From positions 160,001 to 224,000 of the forward strand of contig JBGAIQ010000001.1 in the NCBI GenBank assembly GCA_044225365.1: 64,000 bases of DNA. The letters run 5' to 3'. Under the pieces are notes generated by a model. The model ran no database searches. It was not told where the DNA came from and worked only from the letters and a program-made list of their open reading frames with translations. The translations under genes were made by a program, and so were the position numbers. Position 1 is the first letter of the stretch. The number at the start of each line of letters is the position of its first letter. Of the stretch, positions 8,912 to 19,543 are shown piece by piece. The stretch is from Planctomycetota bacterium. Its GTDB lineage: Bacteria > Planctomycetota > B15-G4 > JADJEK01.

Positions 8912-10801
8912 ATGTGCGGAATCGCCGGAATCATCAACCTCCGCGGCGGCAGGCCGATCGAGCGCCGCGAACTCGCCGCGATGACGGATTCGATCCGACA
9001 TCGGGGTCCGGACTCCGATGGGTTCGCGATCGAGGACGGGGTCGGTCTCGCGTTTCGCCGACTCGCGATCATCGACGTCTCCGGCGGCGATCAACCGATC
9101 GTGGCGAGCGACGCCAACGCGGCGATCATCTTCAACGGCGAGCTCTACAACTACCTCGAGATCCGCGACGAACTCCTCGCCAAGGGACATCGTTTCACGA
9201 CAAAGGCGGATACGGAGGTCGTGCTCCGTGGGTACATCGAGTGGGGCGAGGATGCGCTCTGCCGAAAACTGCGCGGCATGTTTGCATTCGCGATCCACGA
9301 TCGGAAGCGCCGCCGAACGATCCTCGTCCGAGATCCGCTCGGCAAGAAACCACTCCATCTGCACGTTCGCGGCGATCGCCTCTACTTCGGATCGGAGATC
9401 AAGGAGTTCCTCGTCGACCCGGAGTTTCCGCGTGCGCTCGACCCCAAGGCGATCCTCGACTATGCGACGCTCGGTTACGTCCTGCGCGAGTCCTCGATCT
9501 TCGGTGCGGTCGAGAAGCTCCTGCCGGGCACCTACGCGGTGGTCGAGAATGGATCGATCAGAAAGGTGCGGTACTGGTCCGCGCCCTTCGAGCCGATCGA
9601 GATCGACTATTCCGCTGCCGTCGAGCGCGCAGCGGCGTTGGTGAAGGACGCGGTCCGTTGTCGTCTCATGTCCGAGGTGCCACTCGGTTGTTTCCTGTCG
9701 GGCGGACTCGACTCGTCGCTCGTCGTCGCGAACATGATCGAGTTCAGTGGGACCGGTCTGAATGCGATCACGGTCGGCTTCGACGAGACCGGGTTCGATG
9801 AGCGCGTTGCGGCCCGCGAGGTCGCTCGTCATGTCGGGATCGTCGCGCAGGAAGAAGTCGTTCATCCCGATCCGAAGATCCTCGACGCGATCGAGTTCAC
9901 CTTCGACGAACCCCACGCCGATCCTTCGGCCGTACCGACGTATCTGCTCTCTCGAGCGACGCGCAAGCGGGTGACCGTCGCTCTCTCGGGCGACGGCGGC
10001 GACGAGTGCTTCGGCGGCTACCGGCGGTATCGGTTCGATCTCGTCGAGAATCGGGTGCGATCTTTCGTGCCGCGTGCGATGCGTGCCGCGATCTTCGGGT
10101 CGCTCGGGCGAATCTGGCCGAAGGCCGACTTCCTCCCCCGACCTCTGCGATTCAAGACGCTGCTCGAGAACCTCGCTCGCGATCCCGTCGAGGCCTACTT
10201 CCGATCCGTGTCACGCGTGCGGCCCGAAGAAGCCGTCGCAATGCTCGATCCCGACCTGCGCGCGCAGATCGCGGGGTATCGCACGGTGGATCGCTACTAT
10301 GCGATCGACAAGGAGCGGAAGACGTCGGATCCGCTCGCTCGGATCCGTTCCCTCGACTTCGAGACGTGGCTCCCCGACGACATCCTCGTCAAGGTGGATC
10401 GCGCGTCGATGGCGAACTCCCTCGAGGTCCGCGCCCCGCTGCTCGATGCCCGGTTGGTCGCGTTCGCGAGCGGCCTGCCTCCCGAATACCTGATCGCCGG
10501 CGGATCGGGGAAGCGGGTGTTGAAGGATGCCGCTCGGAAGTTCCTCCCGAGCGAGGTCATCGATCGCAAGAAGCACGGTTTCGACCTGCCGGTGAAGCGC
10601 TGGCTCGCCGGACCGCTTGCGGAGGAGATCGATTCCCTGTCGAGGCCGGGCTCGAGCCTCGCGGGTCGATTCGACCTCGCGCGCGTCGCGAGCGTGACGG
10701 CCGAGCATCGACGCGGCCTCCGAGATCGCACCGCCGAGCTGTGGATGCTCCTCATGTTCTCGCGCTTCGCGCGAAGGTATGCCGACGGGCGAGCCACGTG
10801 A
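8912..10801 (+). CDS. asnB: Asparagine synthase (glutamine-hydrolysing)-family amidotransferase, EPS-associated
   Basis: N-terminal MCGIAG, HRGPD, FNGELYN, FLSGGLDSS, LSGDGGDECFGGY, DRASMANSLEVRAP. Confidence 0.93.
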   Translation: MCGIAGIINLRGGRPIERRELAAMTDSIRHRGPDSDGFAIEDGVGLAFRRLAIIDVSGGDQPIVASDANAAIIFNGELYNYLEIRDELLAKGHRFTTKADTEVVLRGYIEWGEDALCRKLRGMFAFAIHDRKRRRTILVRDPLGKKPLHLHVRGDRLYFGSEIKEFLVDPEFPRALDPKAILDYATLGYVLRESSIFGAVEKLLPGTYAVVENGSIRKVRYWSAPFEPIEIDYSAAVERAAALVKDAVRCRLMSEVPLGCFLSGGLDSSLVVANMIEFSGTGLNAITVGFDETGFDERVAAREVARHVGIVAQEEVVHPDPKILDAIEFTFDEPHADPSAVPTYLLSRATRKRVTVALSGDGGDECFGGYRRYRFDLVENRVRSFVPRAMRAAIFGSLGRIWPKADFLPRPLRFKTLLENLARDPVEAYFRSVSRVRPEEAVAMLDPDLRAQIAGYRTVDRYYAIDKERKTSDPLARIRSLDFETWLPDDILVKVDRASMANSLEVRAPLLDARLVAFASGLPPEYLIAGGSGKRVLKDAARKFLPSEVIDRKKHGFDLPVKRWLAGPLAEEIDSLSRPGSSLAGRFDLARVASVTAEHRRGLRDRTAELWMLLMFSRFARRYADGRAT

Positions 10802-11976
10802 AGCTGCTCACGCTGACGTCGTTGTTCCCCAGTTCGACGCAGCCGCGTCACGGCGTGTTCGTGCGCGAGCGACTGCAAGATCTGCGAGCGCGTCACAATG
10901 TCGAGATCCGCGTCCTCTCGCCCGTGCCCTTCTGGCCCAGATTCCTCCCGTCGGCGAAGTATGGCGCATTCGCCAGCACACCGCGACACGAAGTGTTCGA
11001 GGGCTTCGACATCGAGCATCCCCGCTATCTCATGATCCCGTCGATCGGCGTGCCGATGCAGGGAGTGCTCTACGAGAAGGGCGTTCGCGGAACGGCGCGA
11101 CGGATGCACCTCGAGAACGGTTTCGACGCGATCGACGCGCACTACGCGTATCCCGATGGCTTCGCCGCAGCGTTGTTGAAGCAGCGGCTCGGACTTCCCC
11201 TCGTGCTGACGGTTCGGGGAACCGACGTCAATCTGTTGCCGAAGCAGGCCTCGCTCGCGTCGCAGATCCGATTCGCCCTGAGGACCGCGGATCGGGTCGT
11301 GGCGGTCGCGCAGTCGCTGAGGGATCTCGCGATCGAAGCGGGCGCCGATCCAGCGAAGACCGTGGTGCTTCGCAACGGCGTCGACTCGACGAAGTTCCGC
11401 CCGCTCGACGCATCCGAGTGTCGCCTCGCGCTCGATCTTCCCGCGGGCCGCAAGATCGTCGTCGTCGTGGGTTTCCTGGTGCCACGCAAGGGTCACGCGC
11501 TGATCATCGATGCGCTCGCGACGATCGATCCCGACCGCCGTCCGTTCCTCGTCATCGCGGGGGACGGGCCGGAGGAATCCGCACTGCGAGAGCGCGTCGC
11601 CTCGAGCGGAGTCGCCGCCGACGTGCGATTCCTCGGTGGCGTGGCTCACGCGGAGTTGTCGCGAGTGTATTCGGCCGCCGACGTATCGCTGCTGGCATCC
11701 GATCGCGAAGGCTGGCCGAACGTCCTCCTCGAATCGATGGCGTGTGGCACTCCCGTCGTGGCAACGGCGGTTCACGGAGTGCCCGAGGTGATCACGGCGC
11801 CGTTCCTGGGGCGGCTCGTCACCGAGCGAACGCCGAAGGCGTTTGCGGCGGCGTTCGTCGATGCGCTGGCGACCGACTTCGATCGCGGTCGAATCCGCGC
11901 CCATGCGGAGACGATGGATTGGAAAGAGACCTCGGACGGGCTCGCCGCGATCTTCGGGGACGTGGGGCGGCGATGA
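10798..11976 (+). CDS. GT4-family glycosyltransferase
   Basis: GTG 10798; LFP..HGVFV, DAHYAYPDG, RGTDVN, RKGH, REGWPNVLLESMACGTPVV. Confidence 0.9.
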   Translation: MKLLTLTSLFPSSTQPRHGVFVRERLQDLRARHNVEIRVLSPVPFWPRFLPSAKYGAFASTPRHEVFEGFDIEHPRYLMIPSIGVPMQGVLYEKGVRGTARRMHLENGFDAIDAHYAYPDGFAAALLKQRLGLPLVLTVRGTDVNLLPKQASLASQIRFALRTADRVVAVAQSLRDLAIEAGADPAKTVVLRNGVDSTKFRPLDASECRLALDLPAGRKIVVVVGFLVPRKGHALIIDALATIDPDRRPFLVIAGDGPEESALRERVASSGVAADVRFLGGVAHAELSRVYSAADVSLLASDREGWPNVLLESMACGTPVVATAVHGVPEVITAPFLGRLVTERTPKAFAAAFVDALATDFDRGRIRAHAETMDWKETSDGLAAIFGDVGRR

Positions 11977-13160
11977 GGATCCTCTATCACCATCGAACCG
12001 CGTCGCGCGACGGACAGGAAGTGCACATTCGTGAACTGATCGCGGCGTTTCGTGCGCTCGGTCACGAGGTCCTCGTCGTGGCCCCCGGGGGCGATCCCAC
12101 GGCGACGATTGGCGAGGGCACGGGCGACATGGGCGGAAGTCGCAAGGGACTCGGCGCGCTCCGCGCCTTGGTGCCCGACTTCCTGATGCCGCTCGCGAAC
12201 GCGGCGTACTCCACGCTCTTCAAGCGCAAGATCCTGACGGCGGGACGTCGGTTCCGCCCCGATGTCGTCTACGAACGTCACGCGTTGAACAATACCGTGG
12301 GCCGCGATACGGCGCGGGCACTCGGCGTTCCGCTCCTACTCGAGGTCAACGCGCCGCTCTCACGAGAGGAATTCGAGCAGAAGCGACTCCATTCCCTCGA
12401 GCCGGCCTTGTCGCGGGAGATGTCCGTCGTGCGCGACGCGGGCATCGTGTTCGCCGTGACCGACGTCCTGAAGCGGATCCTGATCGAGGATGGAGTATCG
12501 CCGGAGCGGATCGAAGTCGTCCACAACGGGGCTTCGAGCGAACTCTTGAACGCCCCCGTCGATCGTTCGCGGCGCCAGGAATTTGCACCCTGCTCCGAGA
12601 TCGTCCTCGGTTTCGTTGGGTTTCCGCGACCGTGGCACGGCCTCGATCGGATCCTGCGCGTGCTCGCGAGTGCGCGTAGCGAAGCGCTCGCCAGGACTCG
12701 TTTCGTCGTGGCGGGCGAAGGACCCGCCGTCGGAGATCTCGCGCGCATTTCCGAGGAGCTGCGTCTCGCCGAACGCGTGCGTTTCATCGGCGTGTTGGGA
12801 CGATGCGAAGTGCTCTCCTTCCTCGATGCGATCGACATCGGTCTGCAGCCGGCGGCCACGCGTTACGCTTCGCCCCTCAAGCTGTTCGAGTATCTCGCTC
12901 GGAGTGTTCCGGTGATCGCGCCGCGCCAGCCGAACATCGAGGAGATCGTGGTGGACGAGCGGTCGGCACTCTTGTTCGATCCTCGGGCTCCCGGCGATCT
13001 CGAGCGACAGCTCGTGCGACTCGTCGAGGATACCGACCTACGGCGGCGAATCGCTGCGGGCGGACGCTCGCGCATCGACGAAGCCGGCTTCACCTGGAGC
13101 AAGAACGCCGAGCGTATCGCACGGGCGGCGCAGCGCCTCGTCTCCTCGAGGACTCCATGA
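11973..13160 (+). CDS. GT4-family glycosyltransferase
   Basis: ATG 11973; MRILYHHRT..DGQEVHI, YERH, LEVNAP, WHGLD, YASPLKLFEYLA. Confidence 0.9.
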   Translation: MRILYHHRTASRDGQEVHIRELIAAFRALGHEVLVVAPGGDPTATIGEGTGDMGGSRKGLGALRALVPDFLMPLANAAYSTLFKRKILTAGRRFRPDVVYERHALNNTVGRDTARALGVPLLLEVNAPLSREEFEQKRLHSLEPALSREMSVVRDAGIVFAVTDVLKRILIEDGVSPERIEVVHNGASSELLNAPVDRSRRQEFAPCSEIVLGFVGFPRPWHGLDRILRVLASARSEALARTRFVVAGEGPAVGDLARISEELRLAERVRFIGVLGRCEVLSFLDAIDIGLQPAATRYASPLKLFEYLARSVPVIAPRQPNIEEIVVDERSALLFDPRAPGDLERQLVRLVEDTDLRRRIAAGGRSRIDEAGFTWSKNAERIARAAQRLVSSRTP

Positions 13161-14026
13161 TCGTAACGACTCCGCTCGCGCTCGAGAGGTCTTCGCTCGC
13201 CCACGCGCTCTCGTTCGATGTCGAGGAGTACTTCCACGCCTTGAACCTACGGCCCGTCGCACCCGCCGACCAATGGGAGGGACTCGAGCGCCGAGTCGCG
13301 GCGACGACGCGGCAGATCCTCGTCCAACTCCGACAGCACGAGGTGAAAGCGACGTTCTTCTTCCTCGGATGGGTTGTGAAGCGGGATCCGAAACTCGTCC
13401 GCGAAGTCCATGCCGAGGGACACGAGATCGCTTCCCATGGAATGACTCACCAGATGGCCGGCGAACTCGGCCCTGTTGCGTTCCGCCAGGAGGCGATCGA
13501 ATCGAAGACGATCCTCGAGGATGCGATCGGTGCGAGCATCGCGGGCTTCCGGGCCTCGACGTTCTCGATCACGGAGAGTACGTCGTGGGCGCTCGAAATC
13601 CTCGCGGAAGTGGGATACCGCTACGACTCGAGCATCTTCCCAGTGCGGCACGATCGCTACGGGTGGCCCGAGTTCTCACGCTTCCCGGTGCGCGTCGCGA
13701 CCCGATCGGGCCCGCTCGTCGAACTGCCGATGCTGACGTGGCGAATCCTCGGCACGAATCTGCCCGCAGCCGGCGGCGGCTATCTGCGGCTCCTTCCGCT
13801 CGCTCTCGTGAATCGTGCGCTGATGCAGTCGAACGAAATCGGGCAGCCCGGGATCCTCTATCTGCATCCCTGGGAATTCGACGCGGGCCAGCCGCGCTTG
13901 CTGGGGGGTGGACTCTCTGCCCTCCGGCACTATCACGGTCTCGATCGAACGAAGGAGAAGCTCGAGCGATTGCTCGAACGGCATCGTTTCGTGCCTTTGA
14001 TCGAGATCGTCGAGCGGCTCGGTTGA
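13157..14026 (+). CDS. Polysaccharide deacetylase, XrtA/PEP-CTERM-locus type (TIGR03006-like)
   Basis: LSFDVEEYF, KATFFFLGW, HEIASHG..H, YDSSIFP, GGGYLRLLP, YLHPWEFD. Confidence 0.9.
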   Translation: MIVTTPLALERSSLAHALSFDVEEYFHALNLRPVAPADQWEGLERRVAATTRQILVQLRQHEVKATFFFLGWVVKRDPKLVREVHAEGHEIASHGMTHQMAGELGPVAFRQEAIESKTILEDAIGASIAGFRASTFSITESTSWALEILAEVGYRYDSSIFPVRHDRYGWPEFSRFPVRVATRSGPLVELPMLTWRILGTNLPAAGGGYLRLLPLALVNRALMQSNEIGQPGILYLHPWEFDAGQPRLLGGGLSALRHYHGLDRTKEKLERLLERHRFVPLIEIVERLG

Positions 14027-14045
14027 GAACGCGCCGCGCCGTGCG

Positions 14046-17000
14046 TCAGGGCAACCCGCTCTTCGTTTCGAGCAACTCGCGCAGATAGCGCACACGCGGC
14101 GCGAGTCGGAAACCCTCACTGCACTTGCTGAAGGCGAGCTTCGCGTACTCGGGATCGTCGAGCAGGAACGAGATCACGCCCGCGAAATACCAATACTCCT
14201 GACGACCGGACCGCTGTTTCAGCGCCTGAGCGATGTCGATCTTCACCTGATTCAGGCCCTCGCGGATCTGCGAGAGGGGAGTGGCGTCGGCGCTCTTCGG
14301 TCGCGTGTGGCGCGGGCGCAGGAAGTGGAGCTTCGCGAACATGTCCAGGAAGCGCGAATCGTCCGGGGCCAACTGCTTCAGCAAGGGCATGACGCGCAGG
14401 ACCGTGTCGATCTTGTCGCCCCGCCCCTGGAGCAGGAGGTCGCCGTAGGTGAAGAGCAGCTCGGACTCGCGAGGCGAGAGCGTGCAGAGCAGCTCGAGGT
14501 CCGGGATTCCCGCGGCGTCTCCCTTGAGGCGACGCGAGAGATCGACCCGAAGGCGACGGAGCTGCGAGTGCGACGGATCGACGAGGATCGCGACGTCCGC
14601 GAGTTGCAGCGCGAGCTTCGCATCTCCCGATTTGTCGACGGCGGACACGACCGGTGCGAAATCATCGCCTCGACCCTCGGCATCGGGATCGTTGGGGAGG
14701 ATCTCGATCAGCTTGGTCGCGAGCTGCTTCAACGCGTCCTTCTGTCCCAGTTCCGCGAGCGCACCCGCGAGCAGGGCGGCGCCCGAGTAGAACTTCGGCT
14801 GGATCGCGAGCAGAGGTCCGATCGTGGTGACGATCGTCGGTTTGTCCGTGTTTGGTTGGTTGCAGCGCTGGACGAGGAAAGCCAGGATCGCGGGATCGGC
14901 GCTCCCGCTCGCCTGGATCCTCGATACGGTGTGGGCCACGATCTCGGCGTCGTTCGCCGCTCGGGCGACGTCGGCGAGTACCTTCAGCGCGCGCTCGTTC
15001 TTCGGGTCCTTCGTGAGGACCGTCTCGAGGTCCTTCACCGCTTCGGCGTACTCCTTCTTCCGCAGAGCCGCGATCGCCGCCAAGCGGAACGGTTCGTCCG
15101 AGTTGGGGAAGAGCGTCTTCCCGTTCTGCGCGAGATCGAAGAGGACGTTCGCGTCCTTGTCGGTGGCGTCGAGGAGCCGTCCGAGCTGTCGAAACGTCTC
15201 GAGGTCACCCGGGATCGCCTGGTACTTGTCGGCGAGATACGCCGCTGCGGCGGTCGCTCCATCCTTCTTCTCGATCTCATCGGCGATGTAGCGCGCGGCC
15301 GTCAAGGCCTTGCGATCCGCATTGACGATCTTCTCGGCGAGCGCTCGCGCGTCGGCCTCGAAGCCGCGTCCCGCGAAGCGATAGAGCAAGAAGCGCAAGT
15401 AGGCTTCGTCGATCGAGTCCTCGCCGATCTTCTGGGTCCGCGCTTCGGTCGCGAGCCACGACAACTCGCCTTCGGCGCCGGGCTCGGTGGGTGGCGCGTC
15501 GATCGAGCGACCCGATCGCTGACGAGCCATCCACCACATCGCCTGATCGCTGAGTGGGATCGCCACGTCCTTCATCCGATGTTCGTAGCGGCCGAGGAAC
15601 GTGGCGACGTCTTGCGTATGAGGAGTCAATGCGAAGGCGGCCGCGAGCGGCAGGGCGGCCCAATCGCGCTCGTCCGTGTATTCGCGCGCACTCTGGAGGA
15701 ATCGCGCGGCGTCGGCGGCGCCCTTCTCCTTCAGCGCGATCCCGAACGCGGCGGCGACGACATCGTTTCGCATGCGCCTCGCTCGATCCGGATTCGCGAG
15801 GAGGTCGCGCAAGGGTCCGGCGTCGCCAGCGAGGAACTTGCCGAGCATCCCGCGGGCTTCGAGATTCGAGTCGCTCTCGCCCGGGTAGCGGGGGTGGATG
15901 GCGTCGGCGATCACGCCGACGATCGAGTACTTGCCGAGTGTGGTGAGTTCGTCGAGGAGCGCGTTCACGTCGTCGATCGGAAGCAGGCGAGGCAGCTTCA
16001 CGAACCGATTGGCTTCCTTCAGGAGCTCGGCGTCGGCGTTCGTGTGCGCCATCGCCACGAGCAGAGCGCGATGCAGGTCCGGCGCATTGGGCGACGCGGC
16101 GATCGCTGAGCCCAATGTGCCGACGGCGGCGTCGTACTTGCCATCGGCGAGGCGAACCAAGCCGGTGAGAGCGGCGATTCGCGGGTCCTTGCTGCCGAGA
16201 TGCGGCCCGAGGATCTGGATGGCGCGATCGACGTGGTGCGAGTCGAGACACTCGCGAATCGAGAACTCCATTCCGGCGGTCGCGGGCGCCGCAGCCACGA
16301 GGTCGCGTCGCAGTGCTCGCGCTTCGTCGAGCTGGCCGCTGAGTTCGAGAGCCTCGAACGCTCGCAGCGCGACTTCGGTGTTCGCGGGGTCGCGACTCAG
16401 GATCTCGCGGAAGTCGCGAGCGGCTTCTTGATACAGGCCGAGGTCGAGCCGCAATTCGCCGAGCCGCATGCGCAGCGAGAGGATGTCGGGTTCGGTCGAT
16501 ACGGCCTTGAACAGGAAGTTGCGCGCCTCATCGGTCTCGCCGATCCGACCGAACTCCTGCGAGAGATGCCATGCCATCAGCGGGTCGGTGGCGAGCGAGC
16601 TCTCGAGTTCGAAGATCTGCGCGAACGCCTTCGTGAGGTACTTCGGAGACTGGCGCAACTTGTTGGTCGATTGATAACCCGCTTGGCGATCGAGTTCGGC
16701 GCGCAACTCCGCGAGCTTGGCGAACGCGTTCTTCGTCGCTTCGACCGCGATGTCGTGCGGCGACCGACCGCTGGTGTCCTTCACCTGCTCCGAGACGTCG
16801 ATCCAATGCTGGAAGAGATCGTCGTCGAGCGGCGAGTGCCGCAACGCGACCTTGAGATCCTCGGCGGCTTCGGAGAACCGGCCCGCCTTCTCGTAGAGTT
16901 CCGCCCGACGTTTGCGCAGATCGCTGTCGTTCGACGAGACTTCGAGCAGCGCGTTCGCGAAGAGGATGCCGTCCGCGCGATCTTCGGGGCGATTCGATTT

Positions 17001-18536
17001 GGCCGACGCCTCGAGCATCGATTCGACGAACAGCTTTGCGCGTGCAGGCTGCAGGATGGACGGGTCCTTCGTGCGATTGCTGCGCAGCGCGTCGTAGACG
17101 ACGCGCAGGTACGACAGCGCTCGGACGGGATCGTTCTCGTAACGGAGCGCCGCGACACCGCGATAACCGACGGTACGGAAGTCGAGGTCGAAGTAGCTGC
17201 GTCCCTCCGGTCGTCGCTTCGTCGGATCGAGATGGGCGTCGGCTTCCTCCATGAACATCTTGCTCAACTCCGGCTGGGCTTCGCCCGCGAAGAAGAGCGC
17301 TTCGAAGTAATCGGCCTTGACCGGGAGGGGCGCGGCCTCACCGCCGTTCGCGGTGATCAGTTCCTTGCGATAGAGGGCGCTTTCGTACGCGGCGCCCGCT
17401 TCCTCGGTGAGCTTCGCCAGGAACTCGAGCGCCACGCGCCGTTCGTTCGGGGGCTGCGGCGTCGCGAGCAGAGTCTGGAGTTCCTCCTTCGCCCGCAGGA
17501 ATCGACCGAGTCGCAGATCGATCTCGGCTCGCGTGAGTCGCGCTTCGAGGATGCGGTTCACGTCCGTCGTGCGGATGTCGCCGAGCTTGATGTCCGCTTC
17601 CTGCAGGAGAGTCCACGCGGTATCGAGCTTCTTGTCGACCTCCTGTCGCATCCGCTCGGACGACAATCCCTCGACGAGGATTCGCCGAGCTTCCGATTTC
17701 GGAGTCGGGGAACGCAGGTGCTCGGCGAGGCGCTTGCTGACCCCCACGCGGTCGGGGTGATTCTGTTCGAGGAGCGCCCTGAGCCCGACGAGGCCGAACC
17801 CGGCATTTCCATCGATCAAGTAGTCCACGTACATGACGCGAAGGTTCGCGGCGGAGAACACGAGCGTTCCGTGGGTCGCGAGCAGGCGATGCTGCATCGC
17901 GCGATCGAGCTCTGCGATTGCTTCCTGTCCGTTGCCGAGCACGAGCATCCACAGCGTCTTGTTGCGCAGACAATTCGTGTAGGCGCTGAGGACCTCGCTC
18001 AGCTTCTGTAGTAGGGCGGCGTCTTGCGGGCTCTTCGACCACTTCTCGTCGGCGTCGAGCATGCGTCGACGCCATCCATCGGTTGCGAAGGACAGATGCT
18101 CGATCGCCTTCTGGTGCATCCCGAGGCTCCAGGCCGTGTAGCCTTGGAACTCGGCGAGCTGGAGGTCTTCGGGATCCTCGGCGCGTGCCTTGTCGTACGC
18201 CAGGTTCGCCTCGGTGTACTTCCCGGAGTTGAACAGGTCGCGTGCCTTCTTCGACCAATCGACCGTCTCGTCATGCGTCGTGAAGGTGAACACGACGAGC
18301 GCGATTCCAGCGAGGCCGTGAGTGACGGCGCCCCAATTCGGGAGGGCGAGCAGACTCGAGAGGTAGAGCAGGGTGAACGGAGCGATCACCTTGGGATCGG
18401 GCCCGCGGATGGCGAGGAGGATCGCAGACACGATGAGTGCGAGGGCCAGCGCGCCGAAGCGGCGCTTGGAGTACAGCGCGTAGGCGGCGATCGCGGCTAC
18501 TGCGCCGCTGGCGATCCAGAGAGTCGTGGGCGACAT
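14046..18536 (-). CDS. Very large membrane-anchored TPR-repeat protein (1496 aa)
   Basis: About 4 hydrophobic N-terminal segments followed by many TPR-like helical repeats (e.g. GKYTEANLAYDKA, AGRFSEAAEDL, LGLYQEAARDF). Confidence 0.8.
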   Translation of the reverse strand: MSPTTLWIASGAVAAIAAYALYSKRRFGALALALIVSAILLAIRGPDPKVIAPFTLLYLSSLLALPNWGAVTHGLAGIALVVFTFTTHDETVDWSKKARDLFNSGKYTEANLAYDKARAEDPEDLQLAEFQGYTAWSLGMHQKAIEHLSFATDGWRRRMLDADEKWSKSPQDAALLQKLSEVLSAYTNCLRNKTLWMLVLGNGQEAIAELDRAMQHRLLATHGTLVFSAANLRVMYVDYLIDGNAGFGLVGLRALLEQNHPDRVGVSKRLAEHLRSPTPKSEARRILVEGLSSERMRQEVDKKLDTAWTLLQEADIKLGDIRTTDVNRILEARLTRAEIDLRLGRFLRAKEELQTLLATPQPPNERRVALEFLAKLTEEAGAAYESALYRKELITANGGEAAPLPVKADYFEALFFAGEAQPELSKMFMEEADAHLDPTKRRPEGRSYFDLDFRTVGYRGVAALRYENDPVRALSYLRVVYDALRSNRTKDPSILQPARAKLFVESMLEASAKSNRPEDRADGILFANALLEVSSNDSDLRKRRAELYEKAGRFSEAAEDLKVALRHSPLDDDLFQHWIDVSEQVKDTSGRSPHDIAVEATKNAFAKLAELRAELDRQAGYQSTNKLRQSPKYLTKAFAQIFELESSLATDPLMAWHLSQEFGRIGETDEARNFLFKAVSTEPDILSLRMRLGELRLDLGLYQEAARDFREILSRDPANTEVALRAFEALELSGQLDEARALRRDLVAAAPATAGMEFSIRECLDSHHVDRAIQILGPHLGSKDPRIAALTGLVRLADGKYDAAVGTLGSAIAASPNAPDLHRALLVAMAHTNADAELLKEANRFVKLPRLLPIDDVNALLDELTTLGKYSIVGVIADAIHPRYPGESDSNLEARGMLGKFLAGDAGPLRDLLANPDRARRMRNDVVAAAFGIALKEKGAADAARFLQSAREYTDERDWAALPLAAAFALTPHTQDVATFLGRYEHRMKDVAIPLSDQAMWWMARQRSGRSIDAPPTEPGAEGELSWLATEARTQKIGEDSIDEAYLRFLLYRFAGRGFEADARALAEKIVNADRKALTAARYIADEIEKKDGATAAAAYLADKYQAIPGDLETFRQLGRLLDATDKDANVLFDLAQNGKTLFPNSDEPFRLAAIAALRKKEYAEAVKDLETVLTKDPKNERALKVLADVARAANDAEIVAHTVSRIQASGSADPAILAFLVQRCNQPNTDKPTIVTTIGPLLAIQPKFYSGAALLAGALAELGQKDALKQLATKLIEILPNDPDAEGRGDDFAPVVSAVDKSGDAKLALQLADVAILVDPSHSQLRRLRVDLSRRLKGDAAGIPDLELLCTLSPRESELLFTYGDLLLQGRGDKIDTVLRVMPLLKQLAPDDSRFLDMFAKLHFLRPRHTRPKSADATPLSQIREGLNQVKIDIAQALKQRSGRQEYWYFAGVISFLLDDPEYAKLAFSKCSEGFRLAPRVRYLRELLETKSGLP

Positions 18537-18658
18537 GAGACTTGCGCTACTCGAGAGCTTCTCGACGCTCCCGCTCCTCTACTTGTAACTCACGAGCGAT
18601 CGATTCCTCGATCCGTACGCGACGACGCGCTTCCATCGAGCGCGTCCCGCGTTCGCAG

Positions 18659-19543
18659 TCATAGACTGCGCTTGAAGAACGAAGCGAGCTTATCGTAGTC
18701 CTCGTCGCGCGGCGCACCTTCCTGCAGTTCGACTTTCGCGCCGTGTAACGCCGTGTAAACGGTCCGTACGTCGTCCTTCGAGTTCGCGTCGTTGTCGGAC
18801 GCGAGAAAGACCGGACAACCCACCGCAGCGAGATCGGCGCGCGGTTCGAGCAATTGCGAATCGAGGCTCGAGAACAAGGCCATCGCTCGCACTGCGATCA
18901 CGCTCTGCGGAATCAGGAGTGGCCGTGGGATTCCGCTCCAGCGGGCGAGCACGCGCGAGACGTAGTCGCTCGCCGACGCGGCGGGTTCGATCGCGGCGGC
19001 GGCATCGATGCGCGGATCCTTGCCGGCAGCGACGAGAGCCGTGATCCCCGCGTCACCCACTCCGAGGATTCCGATCGCGCTCGTTCCGACTTCGGCTTCG
19101 GAGACCAGCCAATCGATCACGGCGCTCATGTCCGCCGCCTCCCCGAGGAAGAGCGGTTGCGAGTCACCCTCGGAACTGCCGTGCGCGCGGCGGTCGAGCA
19201 TCACGACGCCGATGTTCTCGCGCCAGAGTCGGTAGGCGATCGACAGGCAGTCCATGCGATTCCCGCCCGAGGGATGGAGCAAGATCACGCAGGTGTTGGC
19301 ATCGGCGCCGAACACGTTCGCCGCGAGTCGCACCTTGGGTCCGATCGTGATCTTGATCTCGCGCGAGCCGCGGAGGAAGTTCGTGTCCCACTCGGGGTCG
19401 ACTCCTTCGGCCAAGGCGCGCGCGCCGACGGGCGTCCGAATCGGTCGCGAGAAGTACGCTCCGCCGACGATGAAGGCGAGTGGAAGCGACAAGCCATAGG
19501 TGATCGCGGTGGCCTTGAAGACCCGCTTCAGGAACATCGACAT
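18659..19543 (-). CDS. Alpha/beta-hydrolase-fold protein, N-terminal TM, catalytic residues apparently missing
   Basis: VILLHP, LDRRAHGSSEG and PVFLAS fold motifs; nucleophile elbow reads GVGDA rather than GxSxG; GGAGG upstream. Confidence 0.78.
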   Translation of the reverse strand: MSMFLKRVFKATAITYGLSLPLAFIVGGAYFSRPIRTPVGARALAEGVDPEWDTNFLRGSREIKITIGPKVRLAANVFGADANTCVILLHPSGGNRMDCLSIAYRLWRENIGVVMLDRRAHGSSEGDSQPLFLGEAADMSAVIDWLVSEAEVGTSAIGILGVGDAGITALVAAGKDPRIDAAAAIEPAASASDYVSRVLARWSGIPRPLLIPQSVIAVRAMALFSSLDSQLLEPRADLAAVGCPVFLASDNDANSKDDVRTVYTALHGAKVELQEGAPRDEDYDKLASFFKRSL

